Assembly (NCBI GenBank): GCA_965644295.1
Contig: CBFFRP010000342.1
Span: forward strand, 107,129-171,128
Reading direction: 5' to 3'
DNA: 64,000 bases
DNA from: Paraphysomonas bandaiensis
Taxonomy: Eukaryota > Protista > Chrysophyceae
Part shown: piece after piece, positions 24,311-36,783 of the stretch
Numbering within the stretch: the stretch's first letter is position 1
Layout of the letters: every line of letters begins with the position of its first letter
The notes under the pieces: model-generated
Database searches by the model: none
What the model was told of the DNA's origin: nothing
What the model saw: the letters and a program-made list of their open reading frames with translations, nothing else
Made by a program: the position numbers and the translations under genes

Positions 24311-26155
24311 TCACATGAACATATCTCTGTATCTTGTTACGGGTCTTTCCTCCTCCTCGATACTATCCTGTTTAAACGCTGCAAATAGATCCTCCTTGGG
24401 CTTCTCAGGTGGCGGTTCTTCTGGTTCTGGGTTTATAGAATCTCTGCTGTACATAACATTTCCTAACCAGGACAAAGCCGACGCCCCTGGCCGCTCACCG
24501 TAAATCTGTTTGGACGGTGTATATTTCTTCTTCCCGCCCTTCGACTCAGCCTTTTCGTCGATAGCATCCATACCCATCTTATATGATGAAGGGTCAAAAA
24601 TATCGTCTTCAGATATCCCCCTGGACAGAGCACGAGAAAATCCACGGGAGAGACCCCGAGACAGTTGCCCGGAAAAACTCCGTGAGTATCGTTTACGAAT
24701 TTTGCCATTAACTTCATCCAATCGACTTTGACTCCAGCTCCACGATATTTGGCGACCAAAATTCGCAGATTGAGACCGCTTAATACCGACCTTCTTTCTC
24801 TTATACGCTGCGAACTCAAGAACAGTTTTACCGAATTTAGTTGCGAGAAACAACTTATGAACAAATCTCATTATTTTTACATACCACTCTAGCTCAAACC
24901 TACATAATATCGTCGCTGTCATGGAATAGTCTGACATTATTATACCATACACGGGTACTCACCAGTCCTCGTCGTACTTGACAGCCTCCAGTATAACGAA
25001 CGAGTTGATGAGTTGCGATGTTACAATACACACATGCTGCCCATTCTCCGTGATGCTCAAACTATTCGCCCACCCACGTGTATGAGTCGATATTTTTCTT
25101 GAATACGTGGTTGTCTGAATCAAATTTATCACGTACTGCAATGAGCACAATAACACTAACCTTCTTGTCCAAGATAGTCGCAAACTCATCGGTACATGGC
25201 TCAATGTCTCTTGTGTTCCACACAAAGAAGTGTTTGTCTCTACCGGAAGTCACAAGAAAGTCGTTCTCAATGAAAGTACAGTTCTCTACAACGTCCCTAT
25301 GCCCATCAAACCACTTGATGGGTGACAGCTGCTCAGGGTCCCACAAGAGGACCTTCTTGTCTGCAGCCACACTTGCGAACCGCTTGAAATCATGAGTCCA
25401 AACTATCCCTAAAACGACGCCAAGATGACCTACATGATTTACTCACATAAGCTTACTCGTATTGGTATCGCACAGAATTACACACCTTCATATTCCTGCA
25501 CAAACACACCATTGACAGTGTCCCACATAATTATACGATAGTCCACACCCCCTGATAAGATTCGTGTGTCCGTATTGTCATACGCCACTACCACCACACT
25601 GCCAATGTGAGAGGGGTCGTCGATAGTCATTTTAATAAATTTAGCCCCTGGATCCTGAAAAACGCCAAGAACAACTGCAGGTTCACTTTCCTTATCCAAT
25701 GTGTATGCCCTATCGATCATCTTTTTAACCGGCCAGAGGCGCACAGTTCCATCTTTTGAGCACGTTGACAGAGTCATCTCTCTAGCGGGACGCTTCAGTT
25801 GCGACCAAGCTAATCCGTTAATAGTGAACAAATGGGGTTCAAAACACGCCACTTTCGCAAATCTCATTTTGGCATTATACACAAACACTTTCCTCTCTAC
25901 TAACACTGCTAAAAACGTATTGTCAGCCGATATCTCCATCCTCTGTACCCATGCCTTATAAGTATCAATATTATCCAATAACTCGAATACATTTGACTTT
26001 AACAGATAAGCGTTAACGGAACAGTTCGCTGTGGCCATAACGATGAGATCAGTGCCGTGTCCCCGGACACATGATATCACAGCCTGTGATTTGTCTAACT
26101 GCTCAGGTATGAGTCGTTTGTATCCTTTTAGTAATTTACTTTCAAATATCGACAT
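24311..26155 (-). CDS. WD40-repeat protein (4 exons) with an Arg/Ser-rich tail
   Basis: SKDGTVRLW, SGGVDYRIIMWD, GHRDVV and SGRDKHFFVW repeats; GT-AG introns (25430-25485, a 46-nt intron near 25116-25161, one near 24900-24961) restore the frame. Confidence 0.85.
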
Positions 26156-26885
26156 GATTATATCGTGTATGATGTATGTGTATGTGTGTATGCGAGGGGT
26201 TGCTATGCACTACTGTATATATATATATATAGGGGGGATAAGCACAAGAAGATATTATTGACAGCATGCAGAGATACACACGAGCATTGATGAGATTATT
26301 CACGGATGGGGATGTTAATGGCACCTCAATCGACTGGCAGACCACAGCACAGCACAGCGCAGCTCTGAGCTCGCTCTCAGTGTGTATGTATATATACATG
26401 CTCTCAGTAACTGCCTTCTACTACAGTGTATACTCTACCGTATACCGAACAATAATATACACACACACCTACAGCCTACAGCAGTGAAGTATGCTCAGGC
26501 CGAAGCCGACCGGCCGTAAATACGGTCCCAATCGGCCAGGCCGGGCCGGTTGAAGGCCGGTACACAGGGAGGGAGGGAGTCACCGGTCGCTAGTAGCCGG
26601 TCGGTAATAGCCGGTTGAAATAGCCGGTTGAAATATCTCAAGGACAAGATCAGGGCAGCAAGATGCATGTATCCATGGACTGATGCATCCTTAACCAAAC
26701 AACTCATGACTAATGGTGATATAATCCAATATTACAGCAACATCATAGATTGGACTTCATTATGATTCACAAACAACTGAAGATATCGCTCTTGCATCAG
26801 AGTGACAGATAGTAGAATGCAAATAGTGTGAACTTATCTGCTCATATGTATCTTTGCAAAGAAAGATAAGTGTAGAAATTGGCCG

Positions 26886-27014
26886 CTATTACACTTCCAC
26901 TACTTTAAAGGGTTGTCAGGCTTTGTCCTACTATGCTAAGGGACTGCTGTGCGCTTGACTTCTTGCATAGCAGGGCGAAGCCTGATGACCCTTTAAAATC
27001 ATGGAAGCGTATAG
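26886..27014 (+). ncRNA. Long imperfect hairpin, pre-miRNA/hpRNA candidate
   Basis: 26904-26936 pairs with 26965-26997 (33 positions, 4 G-U, 1 mismatch), and the stem can be extended on both sides. Confidence 0.4.
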
Positions 27015-27470
27015 ATTTTTTAAAAGTATTCGTGCGACGTCTTCTTCTGAATGAGTATTCAGTACTGGTGGTAACATTTTAACTAATAAGAAACGAGTCA
27101 CTTATCGCCTGAAAGTGGTAGTAGATATTATTATCTCACGATATTTATTTTAAAATTTATTTTGTCTCCCATAATACACTGCCCACAAATACCACACTTC
27201 AAATGACAGGCTACTATTTTCGTTAGAGTGTACTTAAGACTAAGCAGAAACACCATGTCTGTTCGAATCTCTTTAAAACTGCATATGTTGATATATCTTA
27301 TTGGTAAACGTTGTACTTTACCTTCAACATGTATATCTGTAAACTATATTTCCTATCAAATATTTTACTTCATTATTATTTTAGTGGCCCCGAGGCCAGA
27401 ATTAAAGGCTGTTGCAAGTTAACAAAAACATTAAATCATTATACATTGACTCGCCGACTAAAAGATAGAG

Positions 27471-28719
27471 TTATAAACTACTAAAATTCCTTCCCTCATC
27501 AGCCCGCCTCTTTTTCTGTAGAGCCTTATATGCAGCCATAGCCGACTTCCTGGCCATCTCCAAGTCAGCGGTTGAAAGTGTGGACGCCTCTCCAGCACCA
27601 GAGTGTATACGACCCTCCCTCCTTGCAGATTCTGTAGACTTTGATCTTTTCTGCATCTCTTTCGCAAACCTAGCACCTGCGGTGGTTGATTCCTCCGACT
27701 CACGAGGACGTTTTATTCCTTTTCCATTTGTGGCTGTCGCTGGGCGCTTGATTTTGTGTTTCAGCTCTGGTGGGCGCTCCACCCGCTCTCCAAATCTGTA
27801 GCGGACACAACAACATTACACGAGAGAGTGATGTTGAAAAGACGGTCGGAGCTTACCCTATTGTCTCCCGTTCCTGGAAGCTCTCCCGTGATCCCTGGAT
27901 ATCAGAAGGCCGAACATGACCTGTTTCTGATGCCCCAAAAAACTCGACTTCCTCCTGAAAGACGTCGCCTGCGCTCTTGCCTGCTTTGCGCTTCTTTTTG
28001 CGTTCTTTGAGGCGCCTGTGCAAAATATTTGTTACCACACATAGCCGTTATTATCTATACACGTACTGCTTTCGCTTCTGCGCAGTAGATGTCATACTCT
28101 TCAGTTCATCTCGTAATGTCTACAGACATTGCAACATCAGAAAAGTCGTTATACCGCCTATCACACTACCTCTCTCGTCGCCTGTCTCACTCGCTTCATA
28201 AAAGTTTTCATCGACTCCCCTTCTCTACGAGATTCTATTGTTTTGTTCTTCGCTTCTTCAGTTTTGGTTACTTTTGATGACTAGATTAATCATATGAGTC
28301 GAGAGAGCCAACTCTACTGACTAAACATACCGTATTGGATGAGACGACAGTTTCACGAGCCGCTTTACGAAACTGAGCCATGAGATTATTTTCATATTTC
28401 TTCAGATTCTGTTCTGTTTTTCTTGCTGTAATATTCACATTAACAAAACACACACATATACATATACATACACACACATATACATACATATACAAACACA
28501 CACATATGTATACACACATATATATACATACACACATACATGGAGCCGTATATCTTAACATGCAACACACGCATATACACACATATACACACATATATAC
28601 ATACATCTCTCGTTGAATCTGTTGGGGGGCTCGTCATGAATAGTGTCTATCTCAGCCTTGCCTCGCTTAGCAAACGGATCAACCGACTTGAGTTTCTTAT
28701 ATCTCCTCACTCGACCCAT
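27471..28719 (-). CDS. CCDC137-like nucleolar basic coiled-coil protein (multi-exon)
   Basis: Spliced product starts MGRVRRYKKLKSVDPF and contains GESMKTFMKRVR, FGERVERPPEL and EMARKSAMAAYKALQ, which parallel conserved CCDC137 blocks. Confidence 0.65.
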
Positions 28720-28924
28720 TCTATCTTCTAACTATATATGACTAGACGAGGCTCCAGTGGACTATAGACACCCCTCTGTATATATATACACATATATATA
28801 CACAAAAATGGACACAGACGGCACTCTACATAGAAAAAAGTATGAAGTACTGTATTCAATGGTGCTCACCACAACACCAATCATATTACTAGAACACCAT
28901 CTCATTCGATAGAATGAGTACAGA

Positions 28925-29268
28925 CATACATACATACATACATACATACATACATACATACATACATACATACATACATACATACATACATACATACATA
29001 CATACATACATACATACATACATACATACATACATACATACATACATACATACATACATACATACATACATACATACATACATACATACATACATACACA
29101 CATACACACATACACACATACACACATACACACATACACACATACACACATACATACATACACACATACACATACATACATACATACATACATACATACA
29201 TACATACATACATACATACATACATACATACATACATACATACATACATACATACATACATACATACA

Positions 29269-29298
<30 letters not shown>
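28925..29298. repeat. (CATA)n microsatellite with a CACA-interrupted core
   Basis: Direct observation. Confidence 0.98.
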
Positions 29299-29300
<2 letters not shown>

Positions 29301-30589
29301 ATGAGTGCATATGTGAAGCTTTTTGCTACAACTGTGAAGCTACGTATTCTCTGTATACTGTGTATATGGAATACATTGGTATACGTGTGCGTATAAGAGT
29401 GTATATCTCTGGCTCACTTCGAAGTGAATGTGATGTGGATATATGCATATATGAGTACATGATTCAGAGGCTCTGCTGCTGCCTCTACTCACAGACACGA
29501 GTGAGGACTATCAACAGTGTGTGGTCATAGTGGTGTATAGTGGTGTGTGCTCCTCATGAGGAGAGAGACTCGTATGATCACATGAATAATACCGCAGCAG
29601 ATACACACATATACATACAGAACACCCACACACACATACATGCATAGACCGCATGGAGCACCCTGAATAGTCATATAACTGAACCAGAAGCGTTCACCAC
29701 TAATGCGCTCCTGAGTATGTTATTTTATATGGTGTATCTGCATTAATGGAGCTGTGGAAGCATAGTATCCGTTAGAAGACTGTGACGATGTTGTTAGTGG
29801 AGCTGGTGGTGATCATCCATATGAGGACTTCCTCTATAAGGATAGCATATGAGTAATATGAGAGTGTGGATGAGTTGTGGGGGTGGTGAGAGTGTATGTA
29901 TGTGGTACAGGGACGCCTCTTACGACCCAACCAGTGAAGAGCCTGTCGACCATATGACTCCTAATGCTGTATCACTCGTAATGATCTGTTGTGTCCTGTA
30001 AATATGACTGAAGTTTACATATATCATTCATCAAGATTAAGGTGATGTCGTAGATAAGATGTGTATGTATGTATGTATGTATGTATGAAGGTGTTGTCGT
30101 ATATAAGATGTGTGTGTATGTATAAGATCATACCGTGTAGAGTTGTTTACTAGTTATCAAGATGACGGTGCTGTTGTAGCTAAGAAATTGTAGCTTTTGA
30201 TATGCACTACTTAAAATTAAAGAACTATCATTTATCAATGCCGTACACGATTCAACATGCAGATTTCATTGTACAAGCTACGTACGAAATTCAAAATTAT
30301 ATCCAGCACACTAGAATATATTCATCATTATTAGCACGTGCAGGAACATTATTGAAGTTGCTGTATCCATCTGGCAGCAGCCCATTATCACTCACGATAG
30401 TATTAACAAATGACATCACGCACTGTACTAGCTCGAGTAAAAGCAATAACATCACTCATCTGTATGTCAAACGTCAAACCGACGACTTATGAGACGATAT
30501 GGTCTTATTCAGCTCACCCTATCTCCATAGAACCATAAATCATACAGACAGATCAATGGTATTCTGGCTGTAAATCTCCAATCCTTTGG

Positions 30590-31274
30590 AACGAAGTGAA
30601 TAATCTGACCATCTTGTCAGTTAAATGTTTTCCACCATTGCACATTACATTCATTGTCTTGCATGATGCCCTTTTTTGTCACTGACTTTCCTGTCCGCTT
30701 TGTGTCCTTGGTCTTGAACAAGCATTGAGTCACCTTTCCAGTCAAAAAGTTAAATCATCAAGGAAGCTACTGAATCAGATCTACTCATCAAATTCCACAT
30801 CAGTACAAAATATTCCCACATGAACAAGATATCGGACCAACTGCCTGCAATGGTACCATTAACATCATCTTCGTCGCTAAAATCGTACAGTCATTCATTG
30901 TTAACGGACTTTAAACCCCTTCTTCTTTTTGAGTTTTTCTTCTTCAGTTCATTGATGTCTTTCTTGTAGTCATCTATTGCCTTTGCTGAGTTCTACATAT
31001 GGCCAAAGTAATCAGACAGATGTCTTTCGGGAATGGAATCTTCAAATTTTCATCATCATCAGAGCTTCAGGGTACTCTGTTTTACACCACACAGTAATAT
31101 GGCCAACCTTTGCTTGTATGCTGCTTTCATCTCTGCTTTAGTTCGTTTCTTCATATAGTCAGATACATTATCAGCATTGGAGTCAACAGATACAACACGC
31201 TGTCGGCGTATACGGCCACTTCCTCTTCCCCTATGAGGTAACTCTTACTTCCTGTCTGAGTCTGTCTCACTCAT
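30590..31274 (-). pseudogene. Degenerate Crypton-like tyrosine-recombinase transposon fragment (copy 1)
   Basis: Minus-strand translation across stops and frameshifts gives YPEAL..LKIPFPKDICL..YFGH and WEYFVLMWNLMSRSDSVASL..FDWKGDSMLV..HKAD, resembling the WNLM.R.....W.GD.L...K.D block of stramenopile Crypton recombinases. Confidence 0.65.
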
Positions 31275-32871
31275 GTTTGCAGTAAGTATGGTCGAATATT
31301 AATATATGCCACTAACGGCTGTCATGTTCGAGGAGAATAGTAGAGTATTCTAACAGTGTTTTACAATTAATAAAGTGGCTATTTCCCTGTAAAATAGTAT
31401 TTTTATTATATAAAAGTGCCAGTTTTTGTGTGAAGCCTAAAGCTTCACATATGCATTGAATATGATTATCTACTATATATTTGTCCGTATTCGAGGCATA
31501 TGTGAAGCTTTTGGCTTCACACTAGGGGTTTTTAGATGAGGAAAAAACCCATAGAGCTTCACATATGCAGTCCATACATATAATGAGTGCATATGTGAAG
31601 CTTTTTGCTACAACTGTGAAGCTACGTATTCTCTGTATACTGTGTATATGGAATACATTGGTATACGTGTGCGTATAAGAGTGTATATCTCTGGCTCACT
31701 TCGAAGTGAATGTGATGTGGATATATGCATATATGAGTACATGATTCAGAGGCTCTGCTGCTGCCTCTACTCACAGACACGAGTGAGGACTATCAACAGT
31801 GTGTGGTCATAGTGGTGTATAGTGGTGTGTGCTCCTCATGAGGAGAGAGACTCGTATGATCACATGAATAATACCGCAGCAGATACACACATATACATAC
31901 AGAACACCCACACACACATACATGCATAGACCGCATGGAGCACCCTGAATAGTCATATAACTGAACCAGAAGCGTTCACCACTAATGCGCTCCTGAGTAT
32001 GTTATTTTATATGGTGTATCTGCATTAATGGTGCTGTGGAAGCATAGTATCCGTTAGATGACTGTGACGATGTTGTTAGTGGAGCTGGTGGTGATCATCC
32101 ATATGAGGACTTCCTCTATAAGGATAGCATATGAGTAATATGAGAGTGTGGATGAGTTGTGGGGGTGGTGAGAGTGTATGTATGTGGTACAGGGACGCCT
32201 CTTACGACCCAACCAGTGAAGAGCCTGTCGACCATATGACTCCTAATGCTGTATCACTCGTAATGATCTGTTGTGTCCTGTAAATATGACTGAAGTTTAC
32301 ATATATCATTCATCAAGATTAAGGTGATGTCGTAGATAAGATGTGTATGTATGTATGTATGTATGTATGAAGGTGTTGTCGTATATAAGATGTGTGTGTA
32401 TGTATAAGATCATACCGTGTAGAGTTGTTTACTAGTTATCAAGATGACGGTGCTGTTGTAGCTAAGAAATTGTAGCTTTTGATATGCACTACTTAAAATT
32501 AAAGAACTATCATTTATCAATGCCGTACACGATTCAACATGCAGATTTCATTGTACAAGCTACGTACGAAATTCAAAATTATATCCAGCACACTAGAATA
32601 TATTCATCATTATTAGCACGTGCAGGAACATTATTGAAGTTGCTGTATCCATCTGGCAGCAGCCCATTATCACTCACGATAGTATTAACAAATGACATCA
32701 CGCACTGTACTAGCTCGAGTAAAAGCAATAACATCACTCATCTGTATGTCAAACGTCAAACCGACGACTTATGAGACGATATGGTCTTATTCAGCTCACC
32801 CTATCTCCATAGAACCATAAATCATACAGACAGATCAATGGTATTCTGGCTGTAAATCTCCAATCCTTTGG

Positions 32872-33557
32872 AACGAAGTGAATAATCTGACCATCTTGTC
32901 AGTTAAATGTTTTCCACCATTGCACATTACATTCATTGTCTTGCATGATGCCCTTTTTTGTCACTGACTTTCCTGTCCGCTTTGTGTCCTTGGTCTTGAA
33001 CAAGCATTGAGTCACCTTTCCAGTCAAAAAGTTAAATCATCAAGGAAGCTACTGAATCAGATCTACTCATCAAATTCCACATCAGTACAAAATATTCCCA
33101 CATGAACAAGATATCGGACCAACTGCCTGCAATGGTACCATTAACATCATCTTCGTCGCTAAAATCGTACAGTCATTCATTGTTAACGGACTTTAAACCC
33201 CTTCTTCTTTTTGAGTTTTTTCTTCTTCAGTTCATTGATGTCTTTCTTGTAGTCATCTATTGCCTTTGCTGAGTTCTACATATGGCCAAAGTAATCAGAC
33301 AGATGTCTTTCGGGAATGGAATCTTCAAATTTTCATCATCATCAGAGCTTCAGGGTACTCTGTTTTACACCACACAGTAATATGGCCAACCTTTGCTTGT
33401 ATGCTGCTTTCATCTCTGCTTTAGTTCGTTTCTTCATATAGTCAGATACATTATCAGCATTGGAGTCAACAGATACAACACGCTGTCGGCGTATACGGCC
33501 ACTTCCTCTTCCCCTATGAGGTAACTCTTACTTCCTGTCTGAGTCTGTCTCACTCAT
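32872..33557 (-). pseudogene. Degenerate Crypton-like tyrosine-recombinase fragment (copy 2)
   Basis: Duplicate of 30590-31274 inside tandem unit 2. Confidence 0.65.
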
Positions 33558-33856
33558 GTTTGCAGTAAGTATGGTCGAATATTAATATATGCCACTAACG
33601 GCTGTCATGTTCGAGGAGAATAGTAGAGTATTCTAACAGTGTTTTACAATTAATAAAGTGGCTATTTCCCTGTAAAATAGTATTTTTATTATATAAAAGT
33701 GCCAGTTTTTGTGTGAAGCCTAAAGCTTCACATATGCATTGAATATGATTATCTACTATATATTTGTCCGTATTCGAGGCATATGTGAAGCTTTTGGCTT
33801 CACACTAGGGGTTTTTAGATGAGGAAAAAACCCATAGAGCTTCACATATGCAGTCC

Positions 33857-33955
33857 ATACATACATACATACATACATACATACATACATACATACATAC
33901 ATACATACATACATACATACATACATACATACATACATACATACATACATACATA
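33857..33955. repeat. (CATA)n microsatellite
   Basis: Direct observation; sits at the unit 2 / copy 3 junction. Confidence 0.97.
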
Positions 33956-34608
33956 GAATGAGTGCATATGTGAAGCTTTTTACTACAACTGTGAAGCTAC
34001 GTATTCTCTGTATACTGTGTGTATGGTATACGTAGGTATACGTGTGCGTATATGGGGGTATATCTCTGGCTCACTTCGAAGTGAATGTGATGTGGATATA
34101 TGCATATATGAGTACATGATTCAGAGGCTCTGCTGCTGCCTCTACTCACAGACACGAGTGAGGACTATCAACAGTGTGTGGTCATAGTGGTGTATAGTGG
34201 TGTGTGCTCCTCATGAGGAGAGAGACTCGTATGATCATATGAATAATACCGCAGCAGATACACACATACATACAGAACACCCACACACACATACATGCAT
34301 AGACCGCATGGAGCACCCTGAATAGTCATATAACTGAACCAGAAGCGTTCACCACTAATGCGCTCCTGAGTATGTTATTTTATATGGTGTATCTGCATTA
34401 ATGGTGCTGTGGAAGCATAGTATCCGTTAGATGACTGTGACGATGTTGTTAGTGGAGCTGGTGGTGATCATCCATATGAGGACTTCCTCTATAAGGATAA
34501 CATATGAGTAGTATGAGAGTGTGGATGAGTTGTGGGGGTGGTGAGAGTATATGTATGTGGTATAGGGACGCCTCGTACGACCCAACCAGTGAAGAGCCTT
34601 CAAGAGAG

Positions 34609-35189
34609 ATGTCTTTCGGGAATGGTTCACATCATGGAGACGAAGGACAGAAGTTACAGTTTATTCCGGACACTAAGATGCCGAATGTAGGTGATGTCTG
34701 CTCTGCTCGGCTCCACTGTATATATATGCGTGTATGTGTATGTATGTGTGTATATATATATGCCGGTGTGTATGTATGTCAGTATGTGTTTATATATATA
34801 TATATATCGGTGTCTCTGTTGTGTATGTATGACCCGTCAACAGGTCTCTTTGTACTCGGTAAGGAGGATCACACTATGGGGAACTTAATACGCATGTGGG
34901 TTCATATATTCATACCATTAGATTCACACTGATGCTCTTATTAGTCAACTACTTCGAGATACTTCAGTTAGATTTGCAGGGTATAGAGTGCCCCACCCGC
35001 TCGTGAATGACTGCCACATAAGAGTACAGACAATGAGTCAGAGAAGTACTCCCAAAAGTGTATTTTAGCAGCGGTGGATGATCTCTTGTCAGAAACCGGC
35101 ACCATTAAGGAAAAGTTTAAAGTATGTTGAAATAGTTTTTATATTTTTATTTCTTATCACTTTATCTGCAGGAGGCGATTGATGCGTAG
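34609..35189 (+). CDS. RPB11: RNA polymerase II subunit RPB11 (apparent 1-nt frameshift near 35063-35068; 5' end uncertain)
   Basis: Spliced DTKMPNVG|LFVLGKEDHTMGNLIRI|QLLRDTSVRFAGYRVPHPL; introns 34691-34843, 34896-34944 and one ending at 35171; LAAVDDLLSETGTIKEKFK lies in a shifted frame. Confidence 0.85.
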
Positions 35190-36783
35190 GAGCGTGGTGA
35201 AGGAATGTAGGAGTATATAGGGAACGATACAGTGCGATTGGTGTATGTGTTATGTACTCGAATCCTGTATCTTGATCTTCTTTGACTGACATGATCCAAT
35301 GCCGTAGCATGTCGCATTTTTGGTTTAATAATTTATTAGTTGCGTCCTATTCAGTTGCCTACAATTTAAGCCGTTGGGGTTAGCTGTCCTGATATTTGTA
35401 GTTTACTAATTGGAAATATCTCTAAAAAAACGTTATCACCAAGGCAACCGATTTATGAATAGTGCATGAATTTTACGACCGATTGATTCCGGCTTACTAC
35501 ATATAGTTTCGGGTAATCATGGCAGCCTCACTTCTGAAGTCTGAAGAATACACATATGAAGGAAGTTCGAAATTATTTCAAGAAAATACATTGTTTTAGT
35601 CTTCTCAATGTCATTTATTGAAAACACTGTCTAATGTTTTGATATATGTTTGAAAGGTTGGTTGCTCGTCCAACATAGTGATAATAGTATTGATTTATGA
35701 TTTATATTTAAAAGGTACCCTACTTTTGTTATGTAAATATTAGGACTTAGAACAGCGGTAGGCATTTGTCATTTGTATTGATTAATAAAACTATAAAAAA
35801 AGAGCAGCACTCCATACGTATGTTGACAGCCCATTATCATTATATTAATTAAAATACTGGCGTAAGTTGAGGCCTGAAGTAAAATTTCATTCATATACTC
35901 GACTTTCATACAAGTGTAGTGACAGCAAAAGGTCAGTATATATCTCCATCTTTGCTTTCTGTGAATATATACTTTAATGTGTGCATAAAGTATCCTAAAA
36001 TGCATCAAGCTGATACGCTTACTAAGACTGGATGCACCAAGAGGGAGTGGTGAGAGCTGCCTCATGCGATACACACCATGTATCATACCTGTCGTCAGGG
36101 GTCTGATGATACCGGTGGTAAGGCCATTGCCCTTTGATGAATTCGATGGTAGTATGAGAGTCTCACGCAGATGTGTGCTGCAGGTTTAGCTGCATATGTG
36201 TATGTGTTGTGCACTGTCGACATACACACGTGCTATAAGAAATGAAACCTATAGACGGTGGGGACTCTAGATGCACTGGGCATATCAAAGAGGCTTTAAT
36301 GCTTGCACTCTAACGAAGCAATGGTGCTTCCCTGCATCTCGTCCACCTTAAGTAGATTGCTATGGATTAACTACAGCCAATAGTATTCTAATATATCAAT
36401 ATGATTAGTCAAATAAATAGCAGTATTATCCAGTAATGTAATTTTATTTTACATTAAAGGTATATGATTGGCTACAGAAAGGCAGTATATTGTCCAATGA
36501 TTTAGTCTAAAATAAATTAACTTCAATATGATTGGTTAGATTGTGGCTGGTGGAGCATGACTTGAGTGTGTATTGTTTATATAGAGAATATACATATATA
36601 TGTGTGTATATATAGCCATCTATCTATACATATATATATATATATATTGCACTGTGCATTGACCACTGCTCTTCTCTTGCACAGCACTGCATCAAACCTC
36701 TCTTCCACAGCTTCATATTGATTGACTGTGTTGCATACCCGTGCATATATCGACCCGATTGAGTTGTATTTATATATTGCATT

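Larger units (their letters stand above)
29291..34599. repeat. Tandem segmental duplication: 2 units of about 2282 bp plus a partial, more diverged third copy
   Basis: Unit 1 (29291-31572) and unit 2 (31573-33855) are nearly identical (identical ORFs at 30202 and 32484); the third copy (about 33950-34599) matches the first ~650 bp. Confidence 0.97.

Noticed and set aside
30202-30492. Duplicated 96-aa ORF (also 32484-32774)
   Set aside because: No motif; its identity simply reflects the recent duplication.
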